A stretch of 64,000 nt of DNA from an uncultured virus (IMG/VR IMGVR_UViG_3300005239_000324) (IMGVR_UViG_3300005239_000324), one strand, 5' to 3'. Numbered from the stretch's first letter, positions 1 to 9,145 are shown. Notes: generated from the sequence alone by a model not told the origin. Numbers and translations are program-made.

Positions 1-1
1 A

Positions 2-490
2 TATAAAAGAACTAAAAACCCTAATATTATTATTAGACTAGAGAAACGATTAGCTAAATTAAAAGCTAAGGTTGCTACAGTTAAAGTTGGGGCTAACTCT
101 GAGTTAGAATTAAAAGAAAAGAAAGATAGGGTTGAAGATGCTATTTGTGCTACAAAAGCCGCAATTAAAGAAGGTATAGTGCCAGGAGGTGGTATAGCTT
201 TATTAAACGCTAGCATGCATTTAGAACCAAAGTCAATAGGTGAAGAAGTATTGTACCAAGCAATACGTAAACCATATGAGCTTATATTAAAAAATGCAGG
301 CGTAACTGAGTATGTTGATCCTGACGAAAATGGTAGAGGACTAGACGTGGTTACAGGAAATACGGTGGATATGGTAAAAGCCGGAATTATTGATCCTTTA
401 CTAGTAACTAAAAGTGCCTTAATAAACGCGGCTTCAGTAGCTACAACTATATTATCAACTGATTGTGTAATTAATAATATAAGAGCATGA
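2..490 (+). CDS. groEL: Phage chaperonin GroEL, C-terminal part (5' truncated), allele 1
   Basis: Frame open from base 2: RLAKLKAKVATVKVGANSELELKEKKDRVEDAICATKAAIKEGIVPGGGIAL...MVKAGIIDPLLVTKSALINAASVA, typical Cpn60 motifs; no GGM tail. Confidence 0.95.
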   Translation, partial: YKRTKNPNIIIRLEKRLAKLKAKVATVKVGANSELELKEKKDRVEDAICATKAAIKEGIVPGGGIALLNASMHLEPKSIGEEVLYQAIRKPYELILKNAGVTEYVDPDENGRGLDVVTGNTVDMVKAGIIDPLLVTKSALINAASVATTILSTDCVINNIRA

Positions 491-747
491 AAGCAATAGG
501 AAAATATATAGTTGTAAAACCTATAAAAGAGGTTGATGTTAGAACAAAAGGAGGTTTAATTCTAGCTGAAAAACAAAGAGAAGATGTTAGATACAGAAGA
601 GCTAAGGTTGTAGAACCTGGCTCTGATGTTTCGGTATTAAAAAAAGGTGATGAGATTTATTATGATAAATCATCTGGCTTTAAAATAGAAATAAACAAAG
701 AAGAATATAAAGTCATTAAAGAGTTTGACGTAGTAATAATATTGTAA
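487..747 (+). CDS. groES: Co-chaperonin GroES, allele 1
   Basis: TKGGLIL mobile loop, AKVVEPG, LKKGDEIYY, EEYKVIKEFDV; ATGA overlap with groEL. Confidence 0.93.
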   Translation: MKAIGKYIVVKPIKEVDVRTKGGLILAEKQREDVRYRRAKVVEPGSDVSVLKKGDEIYYDKSSGFKIEINKEEYKVIKEFDVVIIL

Positions 748-757
748 AAAAACAAAA

Positions 758-1087
758 ATGCCAGGTAAAAGAAAAGATTTAGAAAGATCAGCCATAATGA
801 TGAGCAATATTAAAAATCCAATGCTACTTGTTGAAGAAGATGTTTTAGACAATAGGCTAAGAAAAAAAGCTGCTAAACATAAGAAAAAAAGAAATGAGCT
901 TAATTCAAACCCAGAAACTTCTGGAGGCAATAAAGCTTACAAGCAGCATGAAAAGTATAAAAAAACTCTTCTAAAAGCTCAAGAAAAGTTTGGAAAAACA
1001 AGACAAGAAATTAATACTGAACAGAAATTAAAAAATAGTGCTAATCTTATTGATACAGGGCTAGACGGCGCAAAACGCGGTTCATGA
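758..1087 (+). CDS. Hypothetical basic protein (accessory; absent in the allele at 2223-2480)
   Basis: 109-aa ORF with A-rich leader; 3' end recurs at 2780-2884. Confidence 0.7.
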   Translation: MPGKRKDLERSAIMMSNIKNPMLLVEEDVLDNRLRKKAAKHKKKRNELNSNPETSGGNKAYKQHEKYKKTLLKAQEKFGKTRQEINTEQKLKNSANLIDTGLDGAKRGS

Positions 1088-1512
1088 GAAAATTACAGTC
1101 TTCTGATTTAAAAGAATTAAATTTACTAAAACACTACAGAATTATACGTAAATGGGCGTGTAAAACAAATGAATTAAATGATGCAGATCTAGAGCTACTA
1201 ATTTATTTAGACGCTATAGATATGTTTACTAAAGATGATTTTAAAAAAGGTACGTACTCATTCAGCTGGGATAACAGGCGCTGGAACAGATTATTGAAAC
1301 AAGGGTGGATTACAGTGTGGCGAAAAAGAAACCACACCACTCAAAAATATCACATATATAAAGTTTCCTATAAGTGCAAACAGCTGATAAGTCGCATGTA
1401 CCGTATTATGCTAGGTGAAGAAAATATGCCTACAACAAAATTAGAAAAAAGTAATAGATATAGTTACAAAGTAATAACAAAAGCAATAGATTATGCCAAC
1501 AAAGATAAATAA
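1084..1512 (+). CDS. Putative winged-helix DNA-binding protein
   Basis: DLELLIYL...RWNRLLKQGWITVWR...IYKVSYKCKQL resembles a MarR/wHTH pattern; three copies in window. Confidence 0.6.
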   Translation: MRKLQSSDLKELNLLKHYRIIRKWACKTNELNDADLELLIYLDAIDMFTKDDFKKGTYSFSWDNRRWNRLLKQGWITVWRKRNHTTQKYHIYKVSYKCKQLISRMYRIMLGEENMPTTKLEKSNRYSYKVITKAIDYANKDK

Positions 1513-1583
1513 ATCACCACTAACACTTCCAGTAGGCTTGATAGCGCAAGGCGTTAAAGGCATTGTAGGTGGTATGGCTGGTG
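1493..1583 (+). CDS. N-terminal fragment of the hypothetical protein complete at 3290-3901
   Basis: DNA matches 3290-3380; cut by N spacer. Confidence 0.7.
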
Positions 1584-1603
1584 NNNNNNNNNNNNNNNNN
1601 NNN

Positions 1604-2226
1604 CTAGGAGATGATATGATATATACAGCTGACATTTAGACATGTATTAAATCTGTAACTAATCACGAGAAACAATACTTCAAGTTGATTTAACTGACAA
1701 CACAGAAGTTAAAGAAACTATTGCTTTGTTAGAAAAGAATATAAAAGAAACTAAAAACCCTAATATTATTATTAGACTAGAGAAACGATTAGCTAAATTA
1801 AAAGCTAAGGTTGCTACAGTTAAAGTTGGGGCTAACTCTGAGATAGAGTTGAAAGAAAAGAGAGATAGAGTTGAAGATGCTATTTGCGCTACAAAAGCCG
1901 CGATTAAAGAAGGTATAGTACCAGGTGGTGGTATAGCTCTTTTAAATGCTAGCTTTAATTTAAAACCAACCTGTATAGGTGAGGAAGTATTATACCAAGC
2001 TATAAGAAAACCTTATGAATTAATATTAAAAAATGCAGGGGTTGAAGAATTAAAAAAGCTTGAAGAAGGCATAGGATTAGACGTGGTTACAGGAAATACG
2101 GTGGATATGGTAAAAGCCGGAATTATAGATCCTTTGTTAGTTACTAAGAGTGCATTAGCTAACGCGGCTTCAGTAGCTACAACTATATTATCAACTGATT
2201 GTGTTATTAATAACGTAAGAGCATGA
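1604..2226 (+). CDS. groEL: GroEL C-terminal part, allele 2 (5' end truncated and noisy)
   Basis: Same Cpn60 motifs as 2-490 with patches of different sequence. Confidence 0.93.
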
Positions 2227-2483
2227 AAGCAGTAGGTAAATATATAGTTATAGATCCTATCAAAGAAGTTGATACGACTACAAAAGGAGGTTTAATTCTA
2301 GCTGAAAAGCAAAGAGAAGATATAAGATACAGAAGAGCTAAGGTTATAGAACCTGGCTCTGATGTTTCGGTATTAAAAAAAGGTGATGAAGTTTATTATG
2401 ACAAAGCAGCTGGATTTAATATTGAAATAAAAAAAGAAAACTATAAAGTTATTAAAGAGCACGACGTAGTTATTATTTTATGA
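2223..2483 (+). CDS. groES: GroES, allele 2
   Basis: Close homolog of 487-747. Confidence 0.93.
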   Translation: MKAVGKYIVIDPIKEVDTTTKGGLILAEKQREDIRYRRAKVIEPGSDVSVLKKGDEVYYDKAAGFNIEIKKENYKVIKEHDVVIIL

Positions 2484-2759
2484 GAAGGTTAACATCTGGT
2501 GATTTAAAAGATCTAGGTTTACTTAAACATTATAGAATAATAAGGAAGTGGGCTTGTAAGACTAATGAATTAACAGATGCAGATCTAGAGCTACTAATTT
2601 ATTTAGATGCTATAGATATGTTTACTAAAGATGATTTTAAAAAAGGTACGTACTCATTCAGCTGGGATAACAGCGCTGGAACAGATTATTGAAACAAGGT
2701 GGATTACAGTGTGGCGGAAAGAAACCACACCACTCAAAATATCATATATATAAAGTTTC
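2480..2759 (+). CDS. wHTH-like protein, allele 2 (partial; apparent frameshifts near fragment end)
   Basis: Homologous to 1084-1512; single-base losses from about 2672 relative to the other copies. Confidence 0.65.
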
Positions 2760-2779
2760 NNNNNNNNNNNNNNNNNNNN

Positions 2780-2884
2780 GAAAAGTTTGGAAAAACAAGA
2801 CAAGAAATTAATACTGAACGGAAATTAAAAAATAGTGCTAATCTTATTGACACAGGGCTAGACGGCGCAAAACGCGGTTCATGA
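2780..2884 (+). CDS. C-terminal fragment of the 109-aa accessory protein
   Basis: Matches 983-1087. Confidence 0.7.
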   Translation, partial: EKFGKTRQEINTERKLKNSANLIDTGLDGAKRGS

Positions 2885-3309
2885 GAAAATTACAGTCTTC
2901 TGATTTAAAAGAATTAAATTTACTAAAACACTACAGAATTATACGTAAATGGGCGTGTAAAACAAATGAATTAAATGATGCAGATCTAGAGCTACTAATT
3001 TACTTAGATGCTATAGATATGTTTACTAAAGATGATTTTAAAAAAGGTACGTACTCATTCAGCTGGGATAACAGGCGCTGGAACAGATTATTGAAACAAG
3101 GGTGGATCACAGTGTGGCGGAAAAGAAACCACACCACTCAAAAATATCATATATATAAAGTTTCCTATAAGTGCAAACAGCTGATTAGTCGCATGTACCG
3201 TATTATGTTAGGCGAAGAAAATATGCCTACAACTAAATTAGAAAAAAGTAATAGATATAGTTACAAAGTAATAACAAAAGCAATAGATTATGCCAACAAA
3301 GATAAATAA
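2881..3309 (+). CDS. Putative winged-helix DNA-binding protein
   Basis: Protein identical to 1084-1512. Confidence 0.6.
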   Translation: MRKLQSSDLKELNLLKHYRIIRKWACKTNELNDADLELLIYLDAIDMFTKDDFKKGTYSFSWDNRRWNRLLKQGWITVWRKRNHTTQKYHIYKVSYKCKQLISRMYRIMLGEENMPTTKLEKSNRYSYKVITKAIDYANKDK

Positions 3310-3901
3310 ATCACCACTAACACTTCCAGTAGGCTTGATAGCGCAAGGCGTTAAAGGCATTGTAGGTGGTATGGCTGGTGGAATTAGAAATGTTTCTCAA
3401 GCTATTAAAGACGTAGACAAAGAAGAGTTTAAAGATATGAAGTTTGGTGAAAAACTAAAAACCGGACTTGGCGTATATGGAAAAGGAATGAAAGGCTTTT
3501 TAGGTGGCACTGCTCAAGGTTTAGTTGGTAATGATTTTGGTTTAGTTAATGATGGCACGGAAGAGATAGAACAAGAAACGCAACCTACATATAAAACTAA
3601 TATAGATCCTATGACAGGAGAAGAAATGTTACCTAACCAAGATTTAGTAAATAAAGGAATACCTATGGCTGGAAGACCAATAAAAGCATTAACACAAATG
3701 CAAGGAACTGTAGCGCACAATATGAGTGCTAAACAATACAACAAAGCTTTACAGATGAAGGAAATATCTGGAGCTTCAACTATACCTTCACCTATGGCTA
3801 AAATGTCTGATAGAGATTACGATGGTGATGGTAAAGTAGAAAGTTCAAAAGAAGAATATTTTGGATCAAGGGATAAAGCAATTAAAGAAAATAAAAACTA
3901 A
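3290..3901 (+). CDS. Hypothetical protein with Gly-rich N-half and DxDxDG motif
   Basis: 203-aa ORF; DYDGDGKVESSKEEY resembles an EF-hand-like Ca-binding loop. Confidence 0.65.
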   Translation: MPTKINKSPLTLPVGLIAQGVKGIVGGMAGGIRNVSQAIKDVDKEEFKDMKFGEKLKTGLGVYGKGMKGFLGGTAQGLVGNDFGLVNDGTEEIEQETQPTYKTNIDPMTGEEMLPNQDLVNKGIPMAGRPIKALTQMQGTVAHNMSAKQYNKALQMKEISGASTIPSPMAKMSDRDYDGDGKVESSKEEYFGSRDKAIKENKN

Positions 3902-3907
3902 ATTATT

Positions 3908-4060
3908 ATGCCAAGTTACGGAGAATATCAAAAGCCTGCAGGAGTGTTAAAATCTTGTGGTTGCGACAGTATGTGTGGATGCCATACTAAAAAGAATATA
4001 CCAGGTATTGAAAACAACATACCTTATAAAGGAAACGCTGTTCTTAACGCTAACAAATGA
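3908..4060 (+). CDS. Small Cys-rich hypothetical protein (50 aa)
   Basis: Translated by hand: MPSYGEYQKPAGVLKSCGCDSMCGCHTKK...; fills the gap and overlaps the next ATG (ATGA). Confidence 0.6.
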   Translation: MPSYGEYQKPAGVLKSCGCDSMCGCHTKKNIPGIENNIPYKGNAVLNANK

Positions 4061-4218
4061 TAGGGGTAGATGATTTGAAGCTGTATTTATTAAATGCATC
4101 TTCATTTGCTTTAGCTAGTTTAAACTGGATAGAGCCTGCGTTAGAAATATTATTATTAACTTTAACTATAGGATACACAGTTCACAAATGGTTGTTAATA
4201 CATAAGAATAAAAAATGA
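4057..4218 (+). CDS. Small membrane protein, holin candidate (53 aa)
   Basis: MIGVDDLKLYLLNASSFALASLNWIEPALEILLLTLTIGYTVHKWLLIHKNKK: hydrophobic with basic C-tail, ATGA-coupled to endolysin. Confidence 0.55.
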   Translation: MIGVDDLKLYLLNASSFALASLNWIEPALEILLLTLTIGYTVHKWLLIHKNKK

Positions 4219-4628
4219 GAAGTATAAATGAGATTATAGTACATTGCTCTGCCACAAGAGAAGGTCAACATATACCTGTTGAAACTATTAAAAAGTGGCA
4301 TGTAGAAGGTAGAGGCTGGTCAGATATTGGCTATCATTTTTATATAGAACTTGACGGCACTATTAAAAAAGGTAGAGATATAGATAGATCAGGGGCTCAT
4401 ACGAAAGGGCACAATAAAAATTCTATAGGAATTTGTTATTGCGGAGGCGTAGAAACAGATGGTAAGACGCCAAAGGATACAAGAACACCAGAACAAAAAG
4501 AAAGTTTGTTACACGTCCTTAAAACATTAATGGCGATGTTTCCACTTGCTACTATTTATTCACACAATGAGTTTGCTAATAAAGCATGCCCATCATTTGA
4601 TGCCACTAATGAATATGAAAATCTCTGA
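4215..4628 (+). CDS. Endolysin, N-acetylmuramoyl-L-alanine amidase (T7 lysozyme/Amidase_2 type)
   Basis: IIVHCSAT, GWSDIGYHF, GAHTKGHN, SIGICYCGG, HNEFANKACPSF zinc-amidase motifs. Confidence 0.93.
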   Translation: MRSINEIIVHCSATREGQHIPVETIKKWHVEGRGWSDIGYHFYIELDGTIKKGRDIDRSGAHTKGHNKNSIGICYCGGVETDGKTPKDTRTPEQKESLLHVLKTLMAMFPLATIYSHNEFANKACPSFDATNEYENL

Positions 4629-5019
4629 ATCAACTGAATTTAAAATAGATTTAAAAACTGTAATTGGAATAATAATGCTAACTACAACTTTAGTTGGTAT
4701 GTATTATACTTTAGAAAAAGATATACAGCTAGCTAAGACTTTACCACCTAATGAAGTAACTCGTTTAGAATACGAACTAAAGGAAGAGTGGAATGAGAAA
4801 ATGATTATGCAGTTAAAGGACCAAGTTGAAGTATTAGAGGAAACAACTGATATATTAAAAGAAGAGATTAAAATAACATCAGCTATGATACAAGATGGTA
4901 CTGAAGCTGATGCTATGTTAGATGAGCTTAATGATAAGCTAGAAGAATTAAAGAAAAGAAAACCTAAAACAACTGTAATAGTTAAAGAGGTTGAAGTTAG
5001 TAAAAAACGTAAGTGGTAA
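4615..5019 (+). CDS. Membrane-anchored coiled-coil protein (possible spanin-like lysis accessory)
   Basis: Probable start ATG 4615 (MKISEST); one N-terminal TM segment then heptad-rich region; follows endolysin. Confidence 0.5.
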   Translation: MKISESTEFKIDLKTVIGIIMLTTTLVGMYYTLEKDIQLAKTLPPNEVTRLEYELKEEWNEKMIMQLKDQVEVLEETTDILKEEIKITSAMIQDGTEADAMLDELNDKLEELKKRKPKTTVIVKEVEVSKKRKW

Positions 5020-5162
5020 TGGGTAAAATATCAGGACCTTGTAAGGCAGCGGCAAAAAGAAAATTTAAAGTATGGCCAAGCGCTTATGCTAGTGGTTGGG
5101 GAGTTAGATGTACTAAAGCTGGTGGACCAAGTAAAATGGGTAAAAGTAAAAAGAAAAAGTAA
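5019..5162 (+). CDS. Small basic hypothetical protein (47 aa)
   Basis: MGKISGPCKAAAKRKFKVWPSAYASGWGVRCTKAGG...KKKK; TAATG-coupled on both sides. Confidence 0.65.
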   Translation: MGKISGPCKAAAKRKFKVWPSAYASGWGVRCTKAGGPSKMGKSKKKK

Positions 5163-5428
5163 TGGCTAAGACTAAAGGTGGTGGAACTAAAAAAGTTTGT
5201 TTACCTGCTGCTAAAGTAAGGTCAATGAGTAAAGCAGAGCGTGATAAAGTAGTAAGAGCTAAGCGTTCAGCCGCTAGTAAAGGTAAGTATAAAAGATCTA
5301 GTAAATCAAATGTTAAAGGTGCAAGAAAAAAAGGCGCTACTCTTCGTGATTGGTTTGAAAAAGAAAACTGGATTAATGTAGCTACAGGTAGACCTTGTGG
5401 TGAATCAACTAAAAAGAAAAAGAAGTAA
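5162..5428 (+). CDS. Small basic hypothetical protein
   Basis: 88-aa K/R-rich ORF, TAATG coupling. Confidence 0.7.
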   Translation: MAKTKGGGTKKVCLPAAKVRSMSKAERDKVVRAKRSAASKGKYKRSSKSNVKGARKKGATLRDWFEKENWINVATGRPCGESTKKKKK

Positions 5429-5697
5429 TGGCTGTAGATAAAAAGAATTTAAAATGTAATAAACCTAAAAGAACTAGTGGCCATAAGACTAAGTCTCATA
5501 TTGTAAAAGCTTGTTCAGGTGGTAAAGAAAAAATTATTAGATTTGGACAACAAGGTGTTTCTACAGCTGGTAAACCAAAGAAAAACGAATCAGCTAAACA
5601 AAAAGCTAGAAGAAAGTCTTTTAAAGCCAGACACGCTAAAAACATTGCTAAAGGTAAAATGTCAGCTGCTTATTGGGCAGATAAAGTAAAGTGGTAA
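5428..5697 (+). CDS. Small basic hypothetical protein
   Basis: 89-aa; KIIRFGQ...RRKSFKARH...SAAYWA pattern common in aquatic phages. Confidence 0.75.
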   Translation: MAVDKKNLKCNKPKRTSGHKTKSHIVKACSGGKEKIIRFGQQGVSTAGKPKKNESAKQKARRKSFKARHAKNIAKGKMSAAYWADKVKW

Positions 5698-5698
5698 T

Positions 5699-5842
5699 AT
5701 GGCATCAAAAGGCTTAGGAGATACAATAGAGAAAATAACTACTGCAACAGGTATAAAAGCTATAGCTGATAAAATACCAGGTGGTTGTGGCTGCGGAAAA
5801 CGTAAAGATAAGCTAAACGAAATGTTTCCTTATGAAAAATAA
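5699..5842 (+). CDS. Small hypothetical protein (47 aa)
   Basis: MASKGLGDTIEKITTATGIK...GGCGCGKRKDKLNEMFPY, translated by hand. Confidence 0.65.
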   Translation: MASKGLGDTIEKITTATGIKAIADKIPGGCGCGKRKDKLNEMFPYEK

Positions 5843-6167
5843 TATGAGTTTTAAAATAAAATCACCATACAACATAGATAACACTCCTATATATTTTGTA
5901 AAGGAAGAAGATGGCGTTTTAGGTAGAACTAACATGAACTGTACTATTACTATTAACGACAAAGTAAGGAACCAAAAGCAGATTAAAGAAATTATAAATC
6001 ATGAGATGGTACACGTCAATCAAATAAAAGACGGTAGACTAGCTTATGATGATAATAACATTTACCACAGAAAAAGTGGTAAAGGTAAATGGAAAGTTAA
6101 AAAAAGAAGTAAACAAGTTGATGGTTCCCCAATTAACTGGTGGGAAAAAGAAGCTTATAAAAAATAA
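5832..6167 (+). CDS. Putative zincin-like metallopeptidase
   Basis: HEMVH (HExxH) motif and C-terminal WEKEAY. Confidence 0.6.
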   Translation: MKNNMSFKIKSPYNIDNTPIYFVKEEDGVLGRTNMNCTITINDKVRNQKQIKEIINHEMVHVNQIKDGRLAYDDNNIYHRKSGKGKWKVKKRSKQVDGSPINWWEKEAYKK

Positions 6168-6295
6168 AAGCTATGGCATATTCAAGTAAAAAAGCAGCAA
6201 CTAAAAAATCCGGATATATTAAATCTGGTTTAAATATGAAAGCTCCGCTTTTGTTAAAAAAAATGTGGGTCTAAAAGATACGGTTAAAAGAAGTA

Positions 6296-6748
6296 ATGGC
6301 TGAAGTTAAAAAATTTAACGAAACTAAAATAGGGGCTTTTCTAGCTAGTAAAGCTCCTAAGGTTTTATCTGCATTAGGTGACGTATTACCTAATCAAGGA
6401 ACACTAGGTGTAGTAAAAAATCTTATAACAAGTGATACTAAGATTAAAGCTGTTGACAAAGAACAAGCATTAAAACTTATTGAACAAGATCTTCAAGAAT
6501 TAAAAGAAGTATCTAGTAGATGGAGAGCTGATATGAAATCAGATTCATGGTTATGTAAAAACACTCGTCCATTAGCTTTAGTATTTTTAACAGTATCTGC
6601 AGTTTTCATGATGGCTGTAGATTCATTTCATTTACAATTTGATGTAGATGAATCATGGATAAACTTATTAAAAACTTTACTGGTAACAGTATATGTAGCA
6701 TACTTTGGATCAAGAGGTGCTGAAAAAATTACAAAAATAAATAAATAA
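6296..6748 (+). CDS. Putative holin (3TM-holin-like)
   Basis: RWRADMKSDSWLCKNTRPLAL + two hydrophobic segments + YFGSRGAEK. Confidence 0.7.
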   Translation: MAEVKKFNETKIGAFLASKAPKVLSALGDVLPNQGTLGVVKNLITSDTKIKAVDKEQALKLIEQDLQELKEVSSRWRADMKSDSWLCKNTRPLALVFLTVSAVFMMAVDSFHLQFDVDESWINLLKTLLVTVYVAYFGSRGAEKITKINK

Positions 6749-6753
6749 ATAAA

Positions 6754-7071
6754 ATGGGAAGAAGTGTACAAGGAATTCAAGCAGCTCAAGTAAGAGTGTT
6801 TGCTCATGATGCTGTAAGCTTAGTAACCGGTGGTGGCGATGGTGCTGGTACTTTAAACACTAGTACTATAGCTAATACAGATCAAAGAGGTGTTTGCTTA
6901 TATATAGGTGAAGATTTAACTTTAATTGAAGTTATTATGGAAAGTGGAAGTCAAGTTACTTTTAAAGGTTTAAAAGCTGGTTCTTTTTTACCTGTGCTAG
7001 TTACTAGAATAGTAGACGCTACAGCTAAAGATGGTACTTTAAACGACGATGCAATATTAGCTCTATATTAA
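6754..7071 (+). CDS. Hypothetical virion-associated protein
   Basis: 105-aa ORF, LYIG...VTFKGLKAGSFLPVLVTR, at start of fibre region. Confidence 0.6.
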   Translation: MGRSVQGIQAAQVRVFAHDAVSLVTGGGDGAGTLNTSTIANTDQRGVCLYIGEDLTLIEVIMESGSQVTFKGLKAGSFLPVLVTRIVDATAKDGTLNDDAILALY

Positions 7072-7074
7072 TAG

Positions 7075-8601
7075 ATGTCAATAATAAGTATAGGTATACC
7101 AATACCTGATAGAAGTGCTTTACCTGGCCAAACTGGAGACGGAAACGAAGTTAATCTTCAATATGCCACTCAAAATTATTGTGCTGACTCTAGTAACCCT
7201 AGCCCTACTGTAGCTACACCTGCTGGTGGAACATTTAGTTATGCGCCTGGAGGTATAAGCGGTGGAGCAAACGGCCAAATAGTTATAGCAAATTCAGCTC
7301 CTGGTAATTATATAGTTACTTACACTGTATCAGGCGTAGGTTCTGCTAATTTCCCTATAAATATATCAGCTCTTGACGACGCTTCGTTTAGCTATTCAGC
7401 TTCTGCTTTCTGTGCAGATGCTTCTAATCAAACCCCAACTATAACAACTCCTGGTGGTACATTTACTACTCAAGATATAACTTTCCGTCCTTTTCAAATG
7501 CAGTTTGAAGTAGCTCCTAACGCAGAAAAAACAATAACAATACCAGATACAGTAGGTTCAAGTTATACTGTTGACTGGGGTGATGGTAAAACAACTACAG
7601 AAACAAGTGGAAGTATATCTCACACATACAATCCAGGTGGTGTTGGAACAACTGAAAATCCAATAGTTTCAATTGGTGCTGAAGGTGACACTGGGCCTTT
7701 TACAACTTTTAAATTTCAAAATGGTGGCAGTAAAAATGATTTTATAGATATTCCACAATGGGGAAGTATTATTTGGTCAAGTATGCAAAATATGTTTTAT
7801 GGATGTAACAATAGTAATTTTACAACAATAACAGCTACTGATACACCCGATTTAAGCAATGTTACAAGGTTTGACTCTGTATTTAGAGATGTAAGTAATT
7901 TACAAAATATTAATAATATTAATAATTGGGATGTAAGTAATGTTACAAATATGAGTGGCGTGTTTTATGCTGCAACATCTTTTAATGGCGATATAAGTTC
8001 TTGGAATGTAAGTAATGTTACAAATATGGGTGCTTTGTTTATAGGTGCAACATCTTTTAATCAAGATTTAAGTTCTTGGAATGTAAGTAATGTTACATAT
8101 ATGGGTAATATGTTTAGAAGTGCAACATCTTTTAATCAAGATATAAGCTCTTGGAACACAAGCAAAGTAACTAATATGGATGGTGTATTTTATACTGCAA
8201 CATCTTTTAATCAGGATTTAAGTAATTGGGACACAAGTAAAGTTACAACTATGAGTAGTATGTTTAGAGGAGCATCATCTTTTAACCAGAATTTAAGCTC
8301 TTGGAATATATCAGATTTAGCTCAAGCCACGATTATGCTTGCCTCATTAAATTTAACTACAGAAAATTACACAGATACAGTTGTAGGTTGGGCAGTATTT
8401 GTTTATAACAATGGTGGAAGTCCTTCAAGTGTTTCTTGGACATCAGCTACTCCAAACTTTGACGGTACAAGAACGAGCGATGCAGCTTCAGGTCAAACTT
8501 ATGCAGCTAAATATGGTTCAAATTGGACAGCAACAGGTTGGACAGACAGTCAAGATGCTTTTGATTATTTAACTACAACATTAAGTTGGACTATAAATTA
8601 A
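7075..8601 (+). CDS. Adhesin/fibre protein with Ig-like module, PKD-like domain and DUF285 (BspA-like) repeats, allele 1
   Basis: YTVDWGDG (PKD), QWGSIIWSSMQNMF, PDLSNVT and tandem WDVSNVTNM..F..ATSFNQDLS repeats. Confidence 0.85.
   Translation: MSIISIGIPIPDRSALPGQTGDGNEVNLQYATQNYCADSSNPSPTVATPAGGTFSYAPGGISGGANGQIVIANSAPGNYIVTYTVSGVGSANFPINISALDDASFSYSASAFCADASNQTPTITTPGGTFTTQDITFRPFQMQFEVAPNAEKTITIPDTVGSSYTVDWGDGKTTTETSGSISHTYNPGGVGTTENPIVSIGAEGDTGPFTTFKFQNGGSKNDFIDIPQWGSIIWSSMQNMFYGCNNSNFTTITATDTPDLSNVTRFDSVFRDVSNLQNINNINNWDVSNVTNMSGVFYAATSFNGDISSWNVSNVTNMGALFIGATSFNQDLSSWNVSNVTYMGNMFRSATSFNQDISSWNTSKVTNMDGVFYTATSFNQDLSNWDTSKVTTMSSMFRGASSFNQNLSSWNISDLAQATIMLASLNLTTENYTDTVVGWAVFVYNNGGSPSSVSWTSATPNFDGTRTSDAASGQTYAAKYGSNWTATGWTDSQDAFDYLTTTLSWTIN
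7927..8310 (+). repeat. Tandem 75-nt (25-aa) DUF285 repeats, about 5 units
   Basis: tgcaacatcttttaat and tggaatgtaagtaatgttaca recur at 75-nt spacing. Confidence 0.85.
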
Positions 8602-8605
8602 AGAT

Positions 8606-8788
8606 ATGAAAATGACACCTAATATTGATATTTGGTTTATTGGAAGAAATGAAGATAATAGCATAATACATTATGCATTTAACAGGGCAAATCATATGCT
8701 TGGTTGTGGTTTACCAATATTTGAAGAATATGATAATGAAGCAGATTGGCTCGAAAGATTAAAAGAATTAGGAATAACACCAGAATAA
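8606..8788 (+). CDS. Small adhesin-partner protein, allele 1
   Basis: 60 aa; C-terminus NEADWLERLKELGITPE shared with 10284-10466. Confidence 0.7.
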   Translation: MKMTPNIDIWFIGRNEDNSIIHYAFNRANHMLGCGLPIFEEYDNEADWLERLKELGITPE

Positions 8789-8789
8789 A

Positions 8790-9145
8790 ATGGGGATAGT
8801 AATAGATAGTAACGGAGTAATTAATGTAGCGGCATCAACGCCAGGTACGTATAGGATAACTTATACAACTAACAACTGCGTTAATAGCTCTTATCAAGAT
8901 ATTACTATTAATGCTTTACCAACTATTTCTATTAGTGCATCTAGCACTTCTGTTTGTGCTGGAGATAGTGTAACTCTTACTGCTAGCGGTGCTGGCGCTG
9001 GAGGAAGTTATTTATGGGGCGGTGGACAGACAACAGCCGCAATCACTGTAACTCCAGGAACTACTACAACTTATTCTGTTACAGTACCGATGCTAATGGA
9101 TGTGAAAACACGGCAAACCAACAAATAACAGTTACTGCTAGAGAA
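8790..9145 (+). CDS. Ig-like module fibre protein (partial; 1-nt loss near 9083)
   Basis: DNA near-identical to 10468-10824. Confidence 0.75.

Noticed and set aside
6173..6296. Possible small basic ORF MAYSSKKAATKK
   Set aside because: Very short, uncertain end around an A-run, and no second copy to confirm
7927..8310. Regularly spaced repeats as a CRISPR array
   Set aside because: In-frame 75-nt coding repeats without unique spacers or cas genes
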